Of a stretch of DNA of 64,000 nt, positions 37,431-50,229 are shown piece after piece (the first letter of the stretch is position 1; each line of letters opens with the position of its first letter). The stretch is taken from positions 2,048,001 to 2,112,000 of the forward strand of contig CM075995.1 of the NCBI GenBank assembly GCA_038087875.1, written 5' to 3'. Source of the DNA: Malacoraja senta. Lineage: Eukaryota. The translations under genes and the position numbers were made by a program. Under the pieces are notes generated by a model, which saw nothing but the letters and a program-made list of their open reading frames with translations, did no database searches and was not told the origin of the DNA.

Positions 37431-37997
37431 CTCAGTTCACACTTCATCAGTTGATCTGGATCCTATTGTAACTTTGGACAAAATACTTCAATGTCCATTA
37501 AACCACAAATTTACTGCAGACTAATAAACCACAATATATATATATACATATATGTAACAGAGGATCCAACACTTAATCTTCTTTCTGCTGCAACACATTC
37601 AACATAGAATCACTTCACAAATAATTGATCTGCATTCTCAAATTAATAATCTTATATTTTTGCCCAGAGCTGTCCTTGGAGTTTGGCAAGAATCGAGAAA
37701 TAGCTACGACAAATGAACTAACCATGGTCACACAAAGCACATTCTTCCAAACCACAAATATAAATACAGTTATCTCTAAAATAAATGGGAAAGCACAAAA
37801 TATTTTCAGGTGAAAGTGCAAAAAATTGCATTTAGATGGCACTTTTCATTCCCCAAATCGCTATATAGCCTGTGATGCAAAATGTGAAATATGATTAAAG
37901 AATAAGGAGTAAGCCATTTAGAACAGAGACGAGGAAACACTTTTTCTCACAGAGAGTGATGAGTCTGTGGAATTCTCTGCCTCAGAGGGCGGTGGAG

Positions 37998-38784
37998 GCA
38001 GGTTCTCTGGATGCTTTCAAGAGAGAGCTAGATAGGGTTCTTAAAAATAACGGAGTCAGGGGATATGGGGAGAAGGCAGGAACGGGGTACTGATTGGGGA
38101 TGATCAGCCATGATCACATTGATTGGCGGTGCTGGTCGAAGGGCCGAATGGCCTACTTCTGCACCTATTGTCTATTGTCTATTGATTGCTGCAATTTGGA
38201 TTCAGGAATCTCCCACAAACAACAATGCTAATTGAGGATAGACACAAAATGCTGGAGTAACTCAGCGGGACAGGCAGCATCTCTGGAGAGGGTGACGTTT
38301 TCAGTCTGAAGAAAGGTCTTGACCCGAAACGTCACCCATTCCTTCTCTCCAGAGATGCTGCCTGTCCCACTAAGTTACTCCAGCATTTTGTGTCCATCTT
38401 CGGTTCAAACCAGCATCTGCAGTTCTTTCCTACACAATGCTAGTAGAGGGATATATACTGTAGTGGCCAAGACATTTGGGGCAACTTCCCTGCTCACCAC
38501 TGAATTAATGCCATGAAATCTTCTTTAACATTCACTTGAGAAAGCAAGTTAACACAAGACGCACTTCCAACATTGCACTGGCATGTCACCACAAAGTTCA
38601 GCATTTACATCCCTGGAGCGGCTCTGCAACTTTCCGACCCTGAGCTAAGCGTGCCACCAGCTGTGTTACAACTGGTCATAGACACAAAAAGCTGGAGTAA
38701 CTCAGCTCAACTCATGCAGAGACAGCATCTCTGGAGAAAAGGAATAGATGACATCTCGGATCAAGAGAGTCAAGTTTTATTGTC
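37998..38784 (+). repeat. Direct duplication, copy 1 (787 bp)
   Basis: Matches 41847-42632 with about 20 differences by manual count. Confidence 0.95.
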
Positions 38785-41700
38785 TTTCTTTTAAAATCTT
38801 TTAATTCGTTTTTTTTTCAAAAACAAAAACAAAACAAAAAAAAGAATAATGATAAACATAACAATGATATTGATACATAGGGATCAGGCTTACATTAATA
38901 ACAGATATAACCTAAATATGAGTCCAGTATCAAAATACACATTGAATATAGACCTCCCGGTATCTATGTATAGTTAAATGTTTAATAGAAAAATTATATA
39001 TAAAAAAAACAAAAAGAGAAAAAGAAAAAAAAAGAAAAAAAAGAGAAAAAAGGAAAAAACAAAACCCCCCTAAACTAGAAAAAAAAAGCAAAACAGAATC
39101 TGGGCTACAAAGAATTTCAACAATTTAAGTCCCTGTTTGTCGTCAAGTCCGTTCCACCGTATAAAGGTAAAAGAATTATTATAACGGTTGGAGAGGGGAC
39201 AATTTATGTTGTGTGAAAATGTTGAAAGAATCTTCCCCAAGTCCTATCAAATTTAACCAAGGGTTCAACAATGTCACTCCTGATTTTTTCTAAATATAAA
39301 CATGATATCGTTTCAAAGTACCAATGGAGTGTGGTCAGAGGGTTAGAGTCTTTCCATTTAAATAAAATAGATCTTCTGGCAATTAATGTGGTAAAAGCAA
39401 TCAGCCGATGGGCGGAACGGGACAAATGAATAGAATCTAACATTGGTAGCCCAAAAATTGCAGTAATAGGATGAGGTTGTAAATCAATACCTAAAACTAC
39501 AGAAATAGTATCAAAGATTTCTTTCCAATATTTTTCCAAAAGTGGGCAGGACCAAAACAGTGAGGCCACTTCAGAGTTACATCTGTCACAGGTAGGATTT
39601 ATATGACCATAAAAACGAGCTAACTTATCTTTTGACATATGAACTCTGTGAACCATCTTGAATTGTATCAAAGCGTGTCTTGCACACATTGAGGAAGTAC
39701 TAACTAATTGAAGAATCCTCTCCCATTTCTCTATAGAGAAATTTGGAGTTCACTTTCCCACTCATTCTTAATTTTATCAAATGTATCTATTTGTAATTTC
39801 AAAATCAACTCATAAATAGTCATTATTAAGCCTTTCTGATAAAGGTTCAAATGTAAAAATATTTTCCAAGATTTCAGTTTGATGTGGTAACGGAAAAAAG
39901 GGTAGAGTAGCCTTCAAAAAATGTCTAATTTGTAAATATCTAAAAAAAAGTGTGAGTTAGGTAAATTATATTTATTGGAGAGTTGTTCAAAAAACATAAA
40001 AAACAAATCACGAAAAGCTACTAATCCCTTCCTCTTCCATAACAGAAAGGCTTGATCAGTACCAGAAGGATGGAAGAAAAAAAATTAGATATGATAGGAC
40101 TCGATAAGATAAAATCATTCAATCCAAAAAACTTACGAAATTGAAACCATATTCGGAATGTATGTCTTATTATTGGATTAGTCGTATATTTATTCAATCT
40201 CGTAATTGTAAAAGGTAACGAGGCCCCTCGAATAGAAGCCAATGATAGCCCTTGCATAGAATCATGTTCAAGATTTATCCATCCTGGGCATTGGGTATCT
40301 TCTAAATCTTTTGTCCAAAACATTAAATAACGAGCATTAACTGCCCAATAGTAGAATCTAAGGTTCGGCAGTGCCAAACAACCGTCTTTTTTTGATTTCT
40401 GTAAGTATTTATTATTTAGTCTGGAATTTGTATTCTGCCATATATATGAAGACATTTTGGAGTCAATAATATCAAAGAAAGATTTAGCAATAAAAATTGA
40501 AATCGTCTGAAATAAAAACAAAAATTTAGGTAAGATAAACATTTTAATAGCATTGATTCGGCCGATTAAAGATAAGGACATTGGTGACCATTTAGTAAAC
40601 TGTTGTTTGATATGGTCAATTAGAGGCGTAAAATTAGCCTTAAATAAATCCTTGTGTTTCTTGGTAATCTTAATATCTAAATAAGTAAAACATTCGGTAG
40701 TCAATCTAAATGGAAACTGTCCATAATTCGAAACTAGATTGTTTAATGGAAAAAGCTCAATCTTACTAAGATTTAGTTTATAACCAGAAAAACTACTAAA
40801 TTGATTAAGTAGTGCTACTATTGCCGGAATAAATTTCTCAGGATTAGAAATGAATAATAACAGATCATCTGCATAAAGAGATAGCTTATGTGTCTTATTC
40901 CCGCGGACAATACCAAAAATATTAGGGGATTCCCTAATAGCGGTGGCCAAAGATTCCAAAGCGATATCAAACAGTAAAGGACTTAAAGGACAGCCCTGTC
41001 TAGTACCTCGAAAGAGCCTGAAAAAAGGAGATCTCTGATTATTGGTAAGTACGGAAGCCTGAGGTAGATGATATATCAGCTTGATCCAAGAAATAAATTT
41101 TGGACCAATCTTAAATTTTTCAAGTGTATTGAATAAGTATTCCCATTCTACTCTATCAAACGCCTTCTCGGCATCAAGTGAAATTACACATTCTGGAGTT
41201 TTATTTGACGCTGTATATACGATATTCATTAATCTCCTAACGTTAAAGTATGAGTAACGATTTTAATAAAACCTGTCTGATCTTCAGAAATAATTTGTGG
41301 TAAAATATTTTCCAATCTCATAGCTAATATTTTGGAAAGAATTTTGGAATCTACATTTAACAGTGATATACGTCTATATGATGTCACTTCAGTAGGGTCT
41401 TTATCTTTTTTAAGAATTAAAGAAATAGATGCTTCATAAAAGGATTGTGGTAATCTATTCATTAAAAAGGCTTCTTTAAAAACCTTGCATAGCCAGGGAG
41501 ACAGTAAACTTGAGAAATACTTTAAAAATTCCACTGTAAACCCATCTAAACGGGGAGCTTTACCAGAATTCATCGAGAGGATTGCTTTCTGTATTTCTTC
41601 CTCCGTGATGGGTTTGTCTAACAACAGAGACTCATTATATAATAAATTTGGCAAGTTCAGTTTCTTTAAAAACTCATACATTATATTGGAATCAGTAAGA

Positions 41701-41846
41701 AATTCTGATTGGTATAGGGAGGTATAAAATTCCTGAAAGGATTTATTAATTTCATCATGGTCTACAATCAGTGTACCATCCCGTTTACTCACTTTAGTAA
41801 TCTGCCGTTTGGCCGACACTGCTTTCAACTGATTATCAAGTAATTA
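38785..41846 (-). mobile_element. 5'-truncated L1-clade LINE (frameshifted ORF2: RT and C-terminal Cys motif)
   Basis: ISLDAEKAFDRVEW, GTRQGCPLSPLLF, LYADD, CDRC..FWSC; T-rich 3' UTR and A-rich tail at the 38785 end. Confidence 0.95.
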
Positions 41847-42632
41847 GCAGGTTCTCTGGATGCTTTCAAGAGAGAGCTAGATAGGGTTCCTAAAAATAGC
41901 GGAGTCAGGGGATATGGGGAGAAGGCAGGAACGGGGTACTGATTGGGGATGATCAGCCATGATCACATTGAATGGCGGTGCTGGTCGAAGGGCCGAATGG
42001 CCTACTCCTGCACCTATTGTCTATTGTCTATTGATTGCTGCAATTTGGATACAGGAATCTCCCAAAAACAACAATGCTAATTGAGGATAGACACAAAATG
42101 CTGGAGTAACTCAGCGGGACAGGCAGCATCTCTGGAGAGGGTGACGTTTTCAGTCTGAAGAAGGGCCTTGACCCGAAACATCACCTATTCCTTCTCTCCA
42201 GAGATGCTGCCTGTCCCACTGAGTTATTCCAGCATTTTGTGTCCATCTTCGGTTCAAACCAGCATCTGCAGTTCTTTCCTACACAATGCTAGTAGAGGGA
42301 TATATACTGTAGTGGCCAAGACATTTGGGGCAACTTCCCTGCTCACCACTGAATTAATGCCATGAAATCTTCTTTAACATTCACTTGAGAAAGCAAGTTA
42401 ACACAAGACGCACTTCCAACATTGCACTGGCATGTCACCACGAAGTTAAGCATTTACATCCCTGGAGCGGCACTGCAACTTTCCGACCCTGAGCTAAGCG
42501 TGCCACCAGCTGTGTTGCAACTGGTCATAGACACAAAAACTGGAGTAAGTCAGCTCAACACAACCAGAGACAGCATCTCTGGAGAAAAGGAATAGATGAC
42601 ATCTCGGATCAAGAGAGTCAAGTTTTATTGTC
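41847..42632 (+). repeat. Direct duplication, copy 2 (786 bp)
   Basis: See copy 1. Confidence 0.95.
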
Positions 42633-43543
42633 ATATGTCCCAGATAGAACAATTAAATTCTTACTTGCTGCAGCACAACAGAATCTGTAAACAGAACGTC
42701 GAGACCCTACTTCAGACTGTGAGTCAGGGGAAAGGGATACGAGAGAAATAGACAGTTTTATAGGGAGATATAGAACAAATGAGTGAAAGATATGTAAAAA
42801 AAGTAACAGTTATAAAGGAAACAACTGGTTTCATGAACGGGTGCCAAGGGTTATGGGGAGAATGCAGGAAAATGGCATTAGGAGGCAGTGATCAGCCATG
42901 ATTGAATGGCGGAGTAGACTGGATGGGCCGAATGGCCTAACAACTAATGTGGTTCTTCAATTCTGCCCAATAAATTGCTCTTTGCATTCAGTTCAGTCGG
43001 GTGGTATTATCATAAACTAAAGTTGATGGATAGTGGCAGATTTCTGGAAGAGATTCAACATTTTGATAATAAACCAGCAATCTGGTAAGCACTAAGTCCC
43101 AAGTATACATAAGATTTGTGTGATTACCTCCACAACAAATCTGTCAACCACCAGGTAGCTATGAAAACAATATGGCAAATAAATATGTTCAAAGCCAAAT
43201 TCAACTTCTCCTGGCATATGTTGCCCCAGCAAACATATTTACTATACAGTAGACACAAAATGTTGGAGTAACTCAGTCGGGACAGGCAGTATCTCTGGAG
43301 AGAAGGAATGGGTAATGTTTTGGGTGGGTGGGTTACTACTACAGGCAGATGGACTGTATGTGCATACACACATATATATGTTGTGCTTCAGGAAACATGC
43401 AGCATGTTTTTTTTCCAATGCACCCAGCACCTTTCATTTAATCTGTGCCTTCAATGTAGTAAAATATCCAATTTGTAGGCACTTAGCAGGAACAAAGTTG
43501 ACGCCATATCCAAGGTTCAAATCACCCAGAAAATGCTTTCCAG

Positions 43544-44057
43544 AGTGGCACAGTGGCGCAGCTGGTACAGCTGCTGCCTTTCTGCGCTATAGACCCGGGT
43601 TCGATCCAGACTACGGGTGCGGTCCGTACGGAGTTTGTACGTTCTCCCCATGACCTGGCGTGAGTTTGCAACGGGATCTCCAGTTTTCTCCCACACTCCA
43701 AATACGTACAGGTCATTAGGTTAATTGGCTTGGTATAATTGTAAATTGCCGCATGTCTGTGTGGGATAGCAATACTGTGTGGGGATCGCTGGTCGGCGCT
43801 GACTTGGTGCGCCAAAGGACCTGTTTCCACGCTGTATCTTTAAACTAAAAACAAAAGACTGAACTGGTTTCCTCCGGGTGTTCCGGTTTCCTCCCATATA
43901 CCAAAGACGTGTGTGCTTGTAGATTAATTGCCCCTCGTGTGTGGGGAGTGGATAAGAAAGTGAGATAACCTAGAACAGGTGTGCTCCGGTGATCGATGTC
44001 AGCATGGACTCAATGGGCCAAAGGGTCTGCTTCCATGCTGTATATCTAAACTAAACT
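43544..44057 (+). mobile_element. Two adjacent HE1-like SINEs (43544-43850; 43866-44057 truncated)
   Basis: B box GGTTCGATCC, V-domain, two (CTAAA) tails. Confidence 0.85.
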
Positions 44058-44094
44058 TTCCACCTACAACCCTCCCTCTGCTTTTACATTTCAC

Positions 44095-44430
44095 AATGGG
44101 GAGATGCATGAGAATTTCTGCTTCACCTGTAGGGCTGTTTGGGTCCCTGGATGAGGGTGGAGGTGTAGGGACAAGTGTTGCACCTCCTGAGAAGAGGGAA
44201 GGATGGGTGGGCAGGGACGAGCGAACCAGGGAATCACAGAGAGAGTTGTCCTTGTGGAAAGCAGGAAAGGGTGGAGATGGGACGATGTGACAGGCGGTGG
44301 GACTATGCTGCAGATGCTGGAAGTGTTGAAGAATGATGTGCTGGACGTGAAGAATGGAAGTGCGAAAGGTGAAGACCAGGGGGACTCTAACTGGGGGCAA
44401 GACCGAGGGAGAGCAGATATGTCAGAAATG
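44095..44430 (-). mobile_element. Old Penelope-like ORF fragment
   Basis: RVPLVFTF..QHIILQHFQHLQ..PPFPAFHKDNSLCDSLVRS. Confidence 0.7.
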
Positions 44431-44943
44431 GAGATTGTGGGAAATGTGGGTCCCATATCTGAGGAAGGCTCTGGAGAGGGTCCAGAGGAGGTTTACAGGA
44501 ATGATTCCAGGAATTTTGCAGATGACACAAAGCTGGGTGGCTATGAGAATGCAGGGTGACTTGGACAGGTTGGGTGAGTGGGCAGATGCATGCAGATGCA
44601 GTTTAATGTGGATACATGTGAGGTTATCCACTTTGGTAGCAAAAACAAGAAGGCAGATTATTATCTAAATGGTGTCAAGTTGGAAAAAGGGGAAGTATAA
44701 TGGGATCGGGGTGGTCCTTATTCGTCAGTCAATGAAAGTAAGCATGCAGGTACAGCAGGCAGTAAAGAAAGCGAATGGCATGTTGGCCTTCATAACTAGA
44801 AGAGTTGAGTATAGGAGCAAAGAGGTCCTTCTGCAGTTGTACATGGCCCTAGTGAGACCACACCTGAAGTATTGTGTGCAGTTTTGGTCCCGTAATTTGA
44901 GGAAGGACATTCTTGCTATTGAGGGAGTGGTTTACAAGATTAA

Positions 44944-45680
44944 GGGACTGTCCCATTGCGGCGACCTTTCAGCGACTGTCTTTGACCTTCAAGCTCGAGG
45001 GCACTCGCCTGAAAAACCTCGAGCTGGGTCGATGGTCAGCGATGAAACCACAAGCTGGATCGACCGACCATACACACACACACAAACACATCGTAAAGGC
45101 AGGGGCCAGGGAAAGCGGGGGAGCGCTGTCTGAAATTCACACCCGCGATGAAAAGAAAGATAAAAGACGGCTGCGCAGTGTACGGTAAGTCCTTTAGAGA
45201 GCGCGGGTGGGGGGGAGAGAAGGGGAAAGAGGGGGAAAGAAGGGAAGAGAAGGGGAGAGAAGGGGGGGGGAGAAGTTGTGGAGACACATTTAAGGTCAGG
45301 CAACGTTTAATAAAGTTTAGCGGGCATTTAACCTACCGGTCAGTTTTCCTGTGTCCTGAAAACTCCAATGAGCCAATTAAAATGCCCGGTCAGCAAAGGA
45401 GATTGCCTGCGTCTGCCCTCGGCTGCCTGTAACTACATAGCAACCCCACTCCACTGCACTACGAGTTCAAAAGAACCATGCCGACCAATTTTTACTCGCG
45501 GAAAATTTTTCCACGACCTAGCTGAGGCCGCGAGTATTCAGGAACTTCCCTCGAGCATGAAGGAGAGTTCCAGTGACCTCATACGACCTCCTAGGACCAC
45601 ATGTCGACCATGCTGCGAGTTTGAGTCGAGGGCAAACTCGTCTAAACTCGCAGATTAGGTCGCTGCAGTGGGAAAGCCCC
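44944..45680. mobile_element. TTAA-flanked MITE related to 21757-22132
   Basis: TIR GGGACTGTCCCATTGCGGCGACCT / AGGTCGCTGCAGTGGGAAAGCCCC; TTAA at 44940-44943 and 45681-45684; shared 3' ~190 bp. Confidence 0.88.
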
Positions 45681-45713
45681 TTAAATTCCGGGGACTGTCA
45701 TATGCTGAGAGAA

Positions 45714-47203
45714 GACGCTGGGGGACTTTCACTTCCGAACTTTTTGTATTATTACTGGGCAGTGCATATTAAGAATATAATTTATTGGTTGGACAGTCCT
45801 ACCCAACAGACAGAATGGATATGAATGGAGAAAGAGGATTGTTCTCCTTGTAATATAGGAGCGATCCTCTTCTCCCCGATAAAACTGAACAACACAATAT
45901 ATAAGAATAACCCAATTATACATAATACAATAAGAATTTGGAAACAAATAAAATTAACTTTAAACTTAAGAAACCTATCATTGTTAACGCCAATAGTGAA
46001 TAATCCTTCATTTAAACCATCTCTTATTGATAAAACATATAACCAATGGGAAAGAATGGGAATAAAAAAGATCGGCGATATGTATGAAATGGGAAATCTG
46101 TTATCATTCCAACAATTACAATTAAAATTTAAGCTGAAAAATAACCAATATTTTAAATACCTTCAGATCTGCGACTTCATGAAGAAATACATACAAAGAC
46201 ATCAAACTATAATTTTAGACCCACTGGAAGAAGCAATGAATATTAAGGCTGACACAGAAATTAATATCATATTTATATAATAGTATTTTAAATATAGAAC
46301 TACCATCGACAGAGGCACTTAGAGAAGATTGGGAACGTGAATTAATGTTAAAAATCATAAAAGAAACATGGGAAACGTCTTTGATATATATACACAAATG
46401 TTCGATTAATGTAAGGCATAACTTAATTCAATTTAAAATTTTCCATAGATTATATTATTCAAAAACTAGACTGAATAAATTCTATCCAAATACTTCTCCC
46501 ATTTGTGATAAATGTTTATCTCAAAATGCCACTATAACACACTCTTTTGTTTCCTGCATAAAACTTTATAAATTCTGGAGCGATATCTTTGAAATATTTA
46601 CAAAATTATTCAAAATAAAAATGGAGCCTAACACTGAAATGATTATACTTGGAGTAACGGAAGACGGGAACAAATTGAACACATTTCAAAATTCATTTTT
46701 TAATTATGAGTTAATAACGGCAAAAAAACTTATACTTAAATTTTGGAAAAATACACCCATACCAACGCTTAAAATGTGGATTTCAAACATGTTGGACACC
46801 ACACATCTTGAAGATTCCTCCTAACAGATAAATCAGACCAATTCTTAACGAGTTGGTCTCCATTTATCGACTTCTTGGAAGCATATGGTGCAACAAAATC
46901 GTAGAAACCAACTGTTTCAGGACTGGGTGAAGGATAGTCAAGAATATAAATAACTATCTCCTATAATCTCCTACTATCTACTCTTTCTCACTCGTTTTTT
47001 TTCCACTTTCCCCCCTTTTCCTTTTCACACACCATACATCACATGTTTTTCTATTTTTTATTATCTATTCTCTCTTTCTCTCTTTTATTATTTAAAAAAA
47101 TAAGAAGCTGTACATAAAATGTAACCTGCCAATATATATTAGGCACCTTGGTGCCACATTACTGTACTTACTTCTAATAAAATAAAAATATTTAAAAAAA
47201 TAT
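45714..47203 (+). mobile_element. 5'-truncated L1-clade LINE with 14 bp TSD
   Basis: GGLSLPNFLYYYWA..CDKC..HSFVSC; AATAAA and A-rich tail; ATATGCTGAGAGAA at 45700-45713 and 47204-47217. Confidence 0.93.
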
Positions 47204-47566
47204 ATATGCTGAGAGAATGGAATGGCTGGGCTTGTATACTCTGGAATTTAGAAGGATGACAGGGCATCTTATTGAAACATATAAGATTATTAAGGGTTTG
47301 GACACGCTAGAGGCAGAAAACATGTTCCCTATGTTGGGGGAGTCCAGAACCAGGGGTTAAGAATAAGGGGTAGGCCATTTAGAACGGAGATGAGGAAACA
47401 CTTTTTCACACAGAGAGTTGTGAGTCTGTGGAATTCTCTGCCTCAGAGGACGGTTGAGGCCGGTTCTCTGGATACTTTCAAGAGAGAGTTAGATACGCTT
47501 TTAAAGATAGCGGAGTCAGTGAATATGGAGAGAAGGCAGGAACGGGGTACTGATTGGGGATGATCA

Positions 47567-48149
47567 AGAGTCAAGAGTCAAGAGAGTTTATTGTCATGTG
47601 TCCCAGATAGGACAATGAAATTCTTGCGTTGCTGCAGCACAACAGAATATTGTAGTCATAAATACAGATCAGATCTGTGTGTCCATATACCATAGAATAT
47701 ATATATATATGCACACATCAGTAAACAGATAAGTTGCAATAGGTTGTTATATAGTCTGATGGCCGTGGGGAAGAAGCTGGTCCTGAATCTGGATGTTGCA
47801 GATTTCAGGCTCCTGTACCTACTACCCGATGGCAGCGGAGAGAGGAGTGTGTGGCCAGGATGGTGTGGGTCCTTGATGATGTTGGCAGCCTTTTCGAGGC
47901 AGCGCCTGCGATAGATCCCCTCGGTGGTAGGGAGGTCAGAGCCGATGATGGACTGGGCAGTGGTCACAACTTTCTGCAGCATGCTCTCTACTGTGCACCT
48001 GAAGAAGTTCGAGAGAGTCCTCCTTGACATACCGACTCTCCGTAATCTTCTCAGGAAGTAGAGGCGCTGATGTGCGTTCTTTATGATTGCATCAGTGTTC
48101 TGGGACCAGGAGAGATCCTCGGAAATATGTACGCCCAGGAATTTGAAGT
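47567..48149 (-). mobile_element. Rex1/Babar-like LINE 3' end
   Basis: NFFRCTVES..HPGHTLLSPLPSGSRYRSL..RFRTSFFPTAIRL; (CTCTTGA)n tail; TCA at both junctions. Confidence 0.88.
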
Positions 48150-48509
48150 TCAGCCATGATCACATTGAATGGCGGTGCTGGCTCGAAGGGCCGAATGGCC
48201 CACTCCTGCACCTATTGTCTATTGAATGAGTGGGTTAGCATTGAAGGGTGCTCTTTTAGAAAGGAGGTGACGAGGAACTTCTTTAGTCAGAGGGTAGTTA
48301 ATCTGTGGAACTCACTGTCACATAGGGCTGTGGAGGCCAAATCAGCGGATATTTTTGAGGCAGAGATGGACAAATTCTTGATTAGAAACGGTGTCAAGGG
48401 TAATGGGGAGAAGGCAGGAAAATGGGATTAGCAGGCAGATATCAGAGAATAGCGGAGTGGACTCGGTGGGCCACATGGCCTAATTCTACTCCTATAACGT
48501 GAACTTGTG

Positions 48510-48912
48510 AGATGATGTGAGTGAGGGCACCATCAATCACAGTGAGGGGGAATCATGTTTCTTGAAGAATGAGGACATCTCTCATGCTCTGGAATGATAG
48601 GCCTTATCTGGAGAAGAGGCGGAGAAACTGATAGGAGGGGAAGACATCCCAACAAGAGGCGGGATGTAGACTAGGTAGCTGTTGGAGTCAGGTGGTTTTG
48701 TATTAAATGTCAGTGGATAATTTGCCTCATGAGAGTGAAAGAGAGATCAAATAAAAAGTGCAGAGAGATGGCAGAAATGGTCCAAATGAATTTGAGGGCA
48801 GAGTGTAGGTTAGTGGGGAAATTCCACAATGAAGTACCAATGCAGTCATCAATGTAATGGAGAAAATGTTGGTGAGTGATAACACAGTAGGTCTGGGACA
48901 AAGAATGTCCAT
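48510..48912 (-). mobile_element. Old Penelope-like RT fragment
   Basis: FLHYIDDCIG..LHSALKFIWTIS. Confidence 0.65.
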
Positions 48913-49081
48913 GAGGTCATAAGGGATAGGAGTAGAATTAGGCCATTTGGCCCATCAAGTCTACTCCGCCATTCAATCATGGCTGATCTATCTCTCCCTC
49001 CTATCCCCTTTCTCCTGCCTTCTCCCTATAATGTTCCACAAAGCCAATTAAAAGGTTACTAAAAGGGTATTGAAAACACAC

Positions 49082-49215
49082 TTGTAGGAAAGAACTGCTG
49101 ATACTGGTTTAAATCGAAGGTAGACACAAAATGCTGGAGTAACTTAGTGGGTCAGGCAGCATCTCTGGAGAGAAGGAATGGGTGACGTTTCGGGTCGAGA
49201 CCCTTCTTCAGGCTG
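49082..49215 (-). mobile_element. Penelope terminal repeat with intact hammerhead core
   Basis: Minus strand CTGAAGA-AGGGTCTCGACCC-GAAA-CGTC at 49184-49211. Confidence 0.85.
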
Positions 49216-50229
49216 ATCAGCATGTTGTGTCTATCTGTTGAAAACACACAATGTAATCCACCAGACTTAACATTGTGTCATGAAGGCAAAAACTATGTTA
49301 ATTTGGAGAATCATGCTGTGGATCTTGCTGCAAGCTTACAGTGGGTGGTGTTAGAGGTGAGTTGGATGGGCAGGGATCACTGGAGCAGAGGGCTTGAGAA
49401 CCACTGGTCACACACCGCAAAATCCTGTTATCAAGGCTTGGCTGGCAGAGGATTTGGAGTAGGTGCAACTCGGGGCATGAGGCAAATATGAAAGATTCCA
49501 TAAATTGAAGGAGGAATTTAGCACTAGGAATCAAATATATTGAAGCCCACTTTCCTTTTGCTGGCCAAATAGATTTTTGATGGAATCGAAATATGTGGAG
49601 GCCGTATATTATTTTTAATCTCCTGAGGATCTGTAACCAATTTCCAAAAGGAAGCACACATCCTCACTGCTTGGTGCCTCGTTTCTTTTGCCTTCATCTT
49701 GTTATTTACGACAAACATCTTGCTGCTTAAGGCGACACCATGCAAGTTTGCTCATTGCCTTTTTCTGGATGGGGGAAACAGGGTCAACATCTCTTGCATG
49801 TTAAATTTCAAACATTACTGCAAGTTGGCCCTCTTTTTTTGTTCCTGTGCCCTGCGAGTGTGTTTAACTGCTCTGACAGTCCGGAAATCTGCTGTGAATG
49901 CACAGAGAATTTGCCGCCACAAATCTTGCTTATTGATTTCAGTGGATGTTCCCACAAGATCTGTTTTTGAAGGGGACTGCAAAACATTTTGCAAATAAAC
50001 TGCAGCTTCTCATAAATGTGTTCAACAGAATAAATGGATAATAACAAAGACAGTTGAAAGCTTTTAAATTTTTTTTCAGCTTTATTAACTCAGACAAAAA
50101 ATTAAATTCTGTAACTAGTGAGTTTCATTTCAATCCACAGCACACATCTCCAAAGGATCATTGCAATTTACTGCATTAAGATGGCTAATTGCCCCATTAC
50201 ATCCACGCTCGCTATCATCAGAAGGCTAA

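Larger units (their letters stand above)
44515..48223 (+). mobile_element. CR1 LINE (RT to 3' UTR) interrupted by three insertions
   Basis: FADDTKLGG at 44515; LVRPHLKYCVQFWS; resumes 45685-45713, 47218-47566 and 48150-48223. Confidence 0.9.

Noticed and set aside
37998..42632. Direct repeats as LTRs of an LTR retrotransposon
   Set aside because: The repeats consist of pre-existing CR1/Penelope/unique mosaic, lack TG..CA ends and a PBS, and the interior is L1-clade ORF2.
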